From Candidatus Omnitrophota bacterium (GTDB lineage: Bacteria > Omnitrophota > Gorgyraeia > Duberdicusellales > 4484-171): 64,000 bases of DNA. The notes under the pieces were generated by a model. It searched no databases, was not told where the DNA came from, and saw only the letters and a program-made list of their open reading frames with translations. The DNA lies in assembly GCA_037146775.1 (NCBI GenBank), contig JBAWWL010000006.1, positions 15,120-79,119 on the forward strand. The letters are read 5' to 3'. Position numbers and translations under genes: made by a program. Shown here one piece after another: positions 58,922 through 64,000 of the stretch (the first letter of the stretch is position 1; each line of letters starts with the position of its first letter).

Positions 58922-60236
58922 CCGCCCCTAAACCCATCACCAGATCCCCTGGTTCTAGCCGGGGAGGAATGATATCGACAAGTTCCTCTTTGGCCACATG
59001 CTGTATGTTACCTCTAAAATATTTTTTAATCTCCTCCAGGAGAAAATGCGCGTCTACGCCCGCGATTGGTTTCTCTGACGCCGCATAAATATCCGTCACG
59101 ATCAACTCATCAACAGCGCCAAAGCAACGCGCAAATTCTTTATAAAGCGCTTCAACACGAGAAAAACGATGCGGTTGAAAGATAACAAAAAGACGCTTCG
59201 GCCGCAAATACCGCGCTGCGTTAAGCACTGCGGCTATTTCGGTAGGATGGTGTGCATAATCATCAACAAAAATAACATCGTTTAGTTTCTTCTTAACCTG
59301 AAAACGCCTTTTCGTCCCCTTGAAACCCTTCAAAAGGTTTACTACTTTAGCTACGTCCTCGCCCATATACAAGAAAAAGGAAATAACCGCAAGTGTATTT
59401 AAAACATTGTGCGTACCTAAAAGCGGTATACTCACAGGGCATATATATATATGGTCCACAAAAAGATCAAAACAAGTAAAATTCCCGTCAAACGTAACAT
59501 TAGCGGCGCTTACTTTATTATGCGCCCCAAAACCATAAAGAGTTCCTCCTGCTTTCTGCACAATATCCATAACTGTCGGTTCGTCTCCGCAGCCGATAAC
59601 CATACCTTTTGTTTGGTACGCAAACTGCAAAAAGCTTTTCTGTAAATCCTCTATCGTACGATAATAATCAAGATGTTCATGGTCTATATTGGTAATGATC
59701 GACACCCACGGATTATAATATAAAAAACTTCCGTCGCTTTCGTCGGTTTCAATAACGAAATAATCCTGTCCCCACCACGCATGGCGTGCATAATTCAAAG
59801 GCAATCCTCCCACAAAAACAGTGGGCTCATACCCCAAAGAAGTCATTAAATAGCCGATTAAGGAAGTAGTGGTGGTCTTGCCGTGGCTGCCGCTTACAGC
59901 GATAGCTTTCTTATCCCAGGAAAGCAATCCTAAAAGTTTACCGCGGGGTAAAATCGTCACCCCTCTTCTTTGCGCTTCTTGAATTTCCGGGTTATCCTGT
60001 TTGATGGCCGAAGAATAACACACCAGGTCAACATCAGCGCTCATATGCTCGCTGCAATGTCCGATAAAAACCTCAATACCGTTTTCCCGAAGCAACTTAA
60101 TCGTATAGTTTTCGTGCACATCTGAACCGCTGACATTAAACCCCTTATCTTTTAAAAGAAGCGCCAGGCCGCCCACCCCGATACCGCCGATACCTACAAG
60201 ATAGATATGTTTTACTCCTGATAGAACTGCTTCCAT
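58857..60236 (-). CDS. murC: UDP-N-acetylmuramate--L-alanine ligase
   Basis: 459 aa; IYLVGIGGIGVGGLA; Mur ligase P-loop GSHGKTTTT. Confidence 0.9.
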   Translation of the reverse strand: MEAVLSGVKHIYLVGIGGIGVGGLALLLKDKGFNVSGSDVHENYTIKLLRENGIEVFIGHCSEHMSADVDLVCYSSAIKQDNPEIQEAQRRGVTILPRGKLLGLLSWDKKAIAVSGSHGKTTTTSLIGYLMTSLGYEPTVFVGGLPLNYARHAWWGQDYFVIETDESDGSFLYYNPWVSIITNIDHEHLDYYRTIEDLQKSFLQFAYQTKGMVIGCGDEPTVMDIVQKAGGTLYGFGAHNKVSAANVTFDGNFTCFDLFVDHIYICPVSIPLLGTHNVLNTLAVISFFLYMGEDVAKVVNLLKGFKGTKRRFQVKKKLNDVIFVDDYAHHPTEIAAVLNAARYLRPKRLFVIFQPHRFSRVEALYKEFARCFGAVDELIVTDIYAASEKPIAGVDAHFLLEEIKKYFRGNIQHVAKEELVDIIPPRLEPGDLVMGLGAGDINTIMDGIVNEFERSRVKA

Positions 60237-60997
60237 TGCGTCTCTAGCTCCTCCCTGCCGTTGATGGAACTGTAACTTTTTGATAAAGCCTCGTCAAAGC
60301 CACAGCCTTGACGTAAAAAATACAATACATTATAAAAGTTATCACCCGAACCTTTCTTGATAAGAAAATGTATAATGGAATATGACTGGAGATAAAAAAC
60401 ATCAACATATTCTTTAGGCTTACCGTCAAGTGTTGCGGGCCCCATCTGATACAATTCTGAAAACGGTATGTATTGATTGTGTTCAATGGTTGTTTTTAGG
60501 GTTGAAAGTTCTGCCTCATAGGAACTACCCCCGTGTTTAGCATCAACATACATCGCAACGCCTTCATCAAACCACAGCGGTAATTTTCCCTCACCAACAT
60601 ATTCGCGAAAAATGATGTGCACCAACTCATGGCGCAGCAGCGAAGAAAAGTTATCTTGATGGGGATACGTATAAATTGTTTTTTGCCGGTAGTCCACGCA
60701 GGCGCCCGACCATTCGGAACAAGGAAAGCTGGCAAGATAATCGTTTTTGTCTTTCGCTATAATAATTTTTGCCCGGTTATCCCACAACCACAAGGTATCC
60801 CGCACGAGGCGAAATTCCTGAGTGACGCTTTTATAAAAATCCTCAGCCATGTCTTTGACGGTATACACATAGCTTTCGTCTAATTCTCGAGGCGAAATGA
60901 TCACGAAATGGTCTGAACGTAATTCCTTTTGATCGCTAGCTTCTACCGGCATACTCACCACACACATACCCACGAGCATGAACACAAAATTCTTCAA
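60212..60997 (-). CDS. Secreted HExxH zinc-metallopeptidase-like protein (Peptidase_MA-like)
   Basis: Signal peptide; HELVHIIF...LWFDEGVAMY (HExxH plus a downstream Glu); paralogue of 62021-62815; overlaps the murG 3' end. Confidence 0.5.
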   Translation of the reverse strand: MKNFVFMLVGMCVVSMPVEASDQKELRSDHFVIISPRELDESYVYTVKDMAEDFYKSVTQEFRLVRDTLWLWDNRAKIIIAKDKNDYLASFPCSEWSGACVDYRQKTIYTYPHQDNFSSLLRHELVHIIFREYVGEGKLPLWFDEGVAMYVDAKHGGSSYEAELSTLKTTIEHNQYIPFSELYQMGPATLDGKPKEYVDVFYLQSYSIIHFLIKKGSGDNFYNVLYFLRQGCGFDEALSKSYSSINGREELETQWKQFYQE

Positions 60998-61997
60998 ATG
61001 GCACCCCCAGCCGTACGGTTCTTAACTTTGCCGCTATCTCACGTTGCAGATCGCCGTTAAAAAGAAGTTTCTTTACAGTATCACGAAATATATGAAACGA
61101 AAAATCATGCTGCATCATTACAAACGCTGCTCCCTGCCGTGTAAGATACTCAGCGTTCTGCCGCTGATGCCCTCCGGCTGCCGGATGCGGAATAAGCACC
61201 GACGGCAATGCATAATAACAAATTTCTGCTATGGTGGAAGCGCCCGATCTGGCAATCACCACGCTCGCGGCGCTATAGAGCAATTCCATCTCATAGTAAA
61301 AACTACGCACTAATGCCTTTTGTTCTATTGTATTATACATTTTCGAAATTTCAAAGTATTCTCTTTCGCCGGTCAAATGAATGATTTGATAGGAACCGTG
61401 AAGGTCTGAAACGAGTCGCATGAAAATGCTGTTCAAAAAAGAAGAACCCTGGCTTCCGCCAAAACAAAGAATTACCGGTATATCATCAAAACCCAACGCA
61501 CACAAAGCTTCCTTCCTGGAAATTTTCCTTATATTAGAACGCAAGGGTATACCGATGGTTTTTTCCTTAGGTTTTTGCCCTCCCTCCTCAAACCCTCGCC
61601 AGATGTTACGAACGAATAGCGACAAAATCCGGTTTGCCTTGCCAAAAGTAACGTTAGGCTCATATATCACTGTATTAAGTAAAAATAAGGAGCCGAACAA
61701 TATTAAGAAAAAACTGTCCCTACCTCCAAAACCAATGACCACCTGCGGCCTTAACCGCGCTATCAGATAAAGAGCCTCAACGGCACGATAAGGCAACTCC
61801 AGAAAAATATTTCTTGAACGAAAACTCTTGCCATACACCGCAAACGCCTCTTTGACTACATAGGCCTTAAGAGAATCTGAGGTTACAAAAAATGAGATAT
61901 GCATTGCTTGGGCGGGCGGCTGGCTAAGGCACTTCCCTAATGTCAGTGCAGGAAATATGTGCCCGCCGCTCCTATCACATGCCAGTAAAACTCTCAT
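60936..61997 (-). CDS. murG: Undecaprenyldiphospho-muramoylpentapeptide beta-N-acetylglucosaminyltransferase
   Basis: 353 aa with a GT28 fold; the N-terminus reads MRVLLACDRSGGHIFPAL. Confidence 0.85.
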   Translation of the reverse strand: MRVLLACDRSGGHIFPALTLGKCLSQPPAQAMHISFFVTSDSLKAYVVKEAFAVYGKSFRSRNIFLELPYRAVEALYLIARLRPQVVIGFGGRDSFFLILFGSLFLLNTVIYEPNVTFGKANRILSLFVRNIWRGFEEGGQKPKEKTIGIPLRSNIRKISRKEALCALGFDDIPVILCFGGSQGSSFLNSIFMRLVSDLHGSYQIIHLTGEREYFEISKMYNTIEQKALVRSFYYEMELLYSAASVVIARSGASTIAEICYYALPSVLIPHPAAGGHQRQNAEYLTRQGAAFVMMQHDFSFHIFRDTVKKLLFNGDLQREIAAKLRTVRLGVPFEEFCVHARGYVCGEYAGRS

Positions 61998-62020
61998 ATT
62001 TTATATACACCTCTGGAATG

Positions 62021-62815
62021 CTACAAAAGATAAAACCTTCGCCATGACTCTTCAAATTGAGCCATACCGTCTATCCCGTTAAAAGACTTTCTCAACGCAT
62101 CATCAAGGCTATTACCATCTTTAAGATAACTCAAAAATTCACTGAAATCTTCACGGCTGAAACGTTTTATCAAAAAATAGACCATGCAAAATGCCTGCGC
62201 ATAGAAAAGCCCAACATCGGTATTGTTACCAAGGGTATAAATGCCGTTGATATCGGAAAATTTCAGGTATCGGTTGCCCGGTATCAACTGCTTCATCAGC
62301 GAAACAGCGGATTGCTCATTGAGTGAATCACGATATTCGATGTACTGGGCCATTCCTTCGTCCAGCCATAACGGTAAACGGTTATAACCGACGTATTCAC
62401 GAAAAATAATATGGGTCAGCTCATGGGAGAGTATACGGGAGAAGTTTTCTTGCCCCGGAAACGTATACATTATCCTGTTATAGTAATCTACGCAAGCACC
62501 TGACCATTCTGGGCAGCCAAAAGCCCGCACGTAAGTCTCTTTGTCTTTCGCTATAACTATCTGCGCCCTATTGCTCCACGCCCACAATGCCGCCCTGGTA
62601 AGCCCAAACTCCTGAACAATTTTACGATAAAAATATTCTGCGTCGTCCTTGATTTTATAAACTATAGTTTCTGCTTGTGGCGCATAAAGTATTACAAAAT
62701 GATCGGAACGTAATTCTTTATACTCTTTTGTCTGCGCGTCTACCCTTAAAGATGCGGTAGCGCTCCAGAGAATCGCCACCGCCATAACTATCGCTTTCTT
62801 CATGCGCACCCCCAT
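62021..62815 (-). CDS. Secreted HExxH zinc-metallopeptidase-like protein (Peptidase_MA-like), paralogue
   Basis: Signal peptide; HELTHIIF...LWLDEGMAQYI; about 50% identical to 60212-60997. Confidence 0.5.
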   Translation of the reverse strand: MGVRMKKAIVMAVAILWSATASLRVDAQTKEYKELRSDHFVILYAPQAETIVYKIKDDAEYFYRKIVQEFGLTRAALWAWSNRAQIVIAKDKETYVRAFGCPEWSGACVDYYNRIMYTFPGQENFSRILSHELTHIIFREYVGYNRLPLWLDEGMAQYIEYRDSLNEQSAVSLMKQLIPGNRYLKFSDINGIYTLGNNTDVGLFYAQAFCMVYFLIKRFSREDFSEFLSYLKDGNSLDDALRKSFNGIDGMAQFEESWRRFYLL

Positions 62816-62824
62816 TATCCGACA

Positions 62825-63949
62825 CTATGTCAAATCTTCTTCACTTCGAGAGGCATTAAAAAACAGTCCAAGCAAAACATAGTGCACAATAAGATTACTG
62901 CCGCCATAGCTCACAAAAGGAAGCGGCAACCCTTTCGTAGGAAAAAGACCGCAGCTTACGCCCATATTAACAGCTATCTCTAAAAAGAAAATAAGTATCA
63001 CCCCTAAAAGAATACTCTGACGAAAATCATCCCGGCAGTTTTTAGCGATATCTATCATTCTGTGAAAAAGAACTAAAAAGACGGCTACGAGCCCAAGCGA
63101 ACCAAGCAAACCGAATTCCTCTGCGATAATGGAAAAAATAAAATCGGTGTGGGCGGCCGGAAGAAAAAACAGTTTCTGCCTCCCTTCTCCCAATCCTACA
63201 CCCCACAGCCCTCCCTGGCCATACGCAATTTGGGATTGGATTAACTGGAAACCCGCATCACGCGGGTCCGCAAAAGGATTAAGATAGCCGGTAATTCTTC
63301 GAAAACGATAGGGATAAAATGTGATAAGGAAAAAAGAAAGAATAGCTCCGAGAGCAATAACAAAAAGCAGGTGCCGGCCGCGCGCATGATGCATAAAAAG
63401 AAAAAGAAGCGTCCAGACGATCCAAAACATTGCAGTTCCCAGATCGGGCTGTAATACCACCGATACGCATATCAATCCCATAACGATACCTAGGGGGATC
63501 AAAGTTCTGGCTTTTCTGATCAGCATTTTCCTCTTTATGACATAATCAACGCAATACATTAAAAAGAAAATTTTTAGCAACTCGGAAGGTTGGAAATTGA
63601 ACCCGCCAAGAGTAAACCATCGCCGCGCACCGCCGGCTTTTTTACCGATTATCAAAAGTACGAGTAAAATAAAAATTGTCGCAAACAAAAATTCTTTCGC
63701 ATGCGCACGCAAAAAATCAAGATCACACAAAAGTGTCAGGAAGAATAGTACCAATCCCGCTATAAAGAAAATAAACTGCTTCTTAAAGAAAGAGGCAGGA
63801 TCGGATGTAGTTTTGTACGCATAAAGGCTGGAAGATTCGTACACCATAAGCGTACCGAAAAGCGTCAGGAACAATACCAGTAGAAAAATGAACCTGCGCT
63901 CCTTGCGCAAATCTTTCGGATGAGCAACGCTTACATATGAATCGTACAT
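62825..63949 (-). CDS. ftsW: SEDS-family peptidoglycan polymerase FtsW
   Basis: 374 aa, 10 TM, FtsW/RodA family; position upstream of murG. Confidence 0.85.
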   Translation of the reverse strand: MYDSYVSVAHPKDLRKERRFIFLLVLFLTLFGTLMVYESSSLYAYKTTSDPASFFKKQFIFFIAGLVLFFLTLLCDLDFLRAHAKEFLFATIFILLVLLIIGKKAGGARRWFTLGGFNFQPSELLKIFFLMYCVDYVIKRKMLIRKARTLIPLGIVMGLICVSVVLQPDLGTAMFWIVWTLLFLFMHHARGRHLLFVIALGAILSFFLITFYPYRFRRITGYLNPFADPRDAGFQLIQSQIAYGQGGLWGVGLGEGRQKLFFLPAAHTDFIFSIIAEEFGLLGSLGLVAVFLVLFHRMIDIAKNCRDDFRQSILLGVILIFFLEIAVNMGVSCGLFPTKGLPLPFVSYGGSNLIVHYVLLGLFFNASRSEEDLT

Positions 63950-64000
63950 ATTTGCAGTTTGACGGCCACTAGGCCCATAAACTATTCACTGTCTCTATAA

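Overview
This is a 64-kb chromosomal segment of about 42% GC, apparently from an anaerobic bacterium; the lineage cannot be named from sequence alone. Gene density is high, and every gene from ~12.8 kb to the end lies on the minus strand. Mobile elements, CRISPR arrays, tRNAs and rRNAs were looked for and none were found.

In order along the window:
- A fatty-acid synthesis operon (fabF fragment, fabZ, fabG) that also carries a ketosynthase-like gene whose Cys-His-His catalytic triad is missing.
- A YgiQ radical-SAM protein, a PrsW protease and an RlmD-type rRNA methyltransferase.
- An accessory cluster: a DegT/ArnB-like aminotransferase, an ArnE/ArnF-like flippase pair, a CrtI-family FAD oxidoreductase interrupted by one in-frame TAG, an alpha/beta hydrolase, a FemAB-like acyltransferase, an arginase-fold hydrolase, a class III aminotransferase and a HAD phosphatase.
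- A YdbH/YnbE/YdbL-like lipoprotein set.
- A c-di-GMP module (HAMP-HD-GYP plus two PilZ proteins), followed by exbB-exbD.
- A group-4 energy-converting [NiFe]-hydrogenase of the Mbh/Mrp type. Its 12 genes run from three Mrp antiporter-like subunits to a HycI protease, are preceded by an overlapping mgtA P-type ATPase, and run without a gap into exbBD.
- A MshEN-PilZ fusion receptor, a GAF-ANTAR regulator, glnA, gdhA, nfnAB (GltD-like plus PyrK-like), cobO, dedA and pcm.
- A glycolipid module (GT2, LpxL-like acyltransferase, MGDG-synthase-like GT28).
- GAF-HD-GYP, a stand-alone receiver domain, and the distal dcw cluster (ftsW-murG-murC-murB-ddl-ftsQ-ftsA).

The most unusual observations are these:
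- The dcw cluster does not end in ftsZ. A 643-aa helical protein and an HD-GYP phosphodiesterase that share an N-terminal domain sit in that position, overlapping ftsA.
- Two paralogous secreted HExxH peptidases are inserted on either side of murG.
- Two inverted arrays of 13 degenerate 7-bp repeats bracket the junction between the NuoC-like and large-subunit hydrogenase genes.
- A third 7-bp tandem repeat lies inside nfnB.
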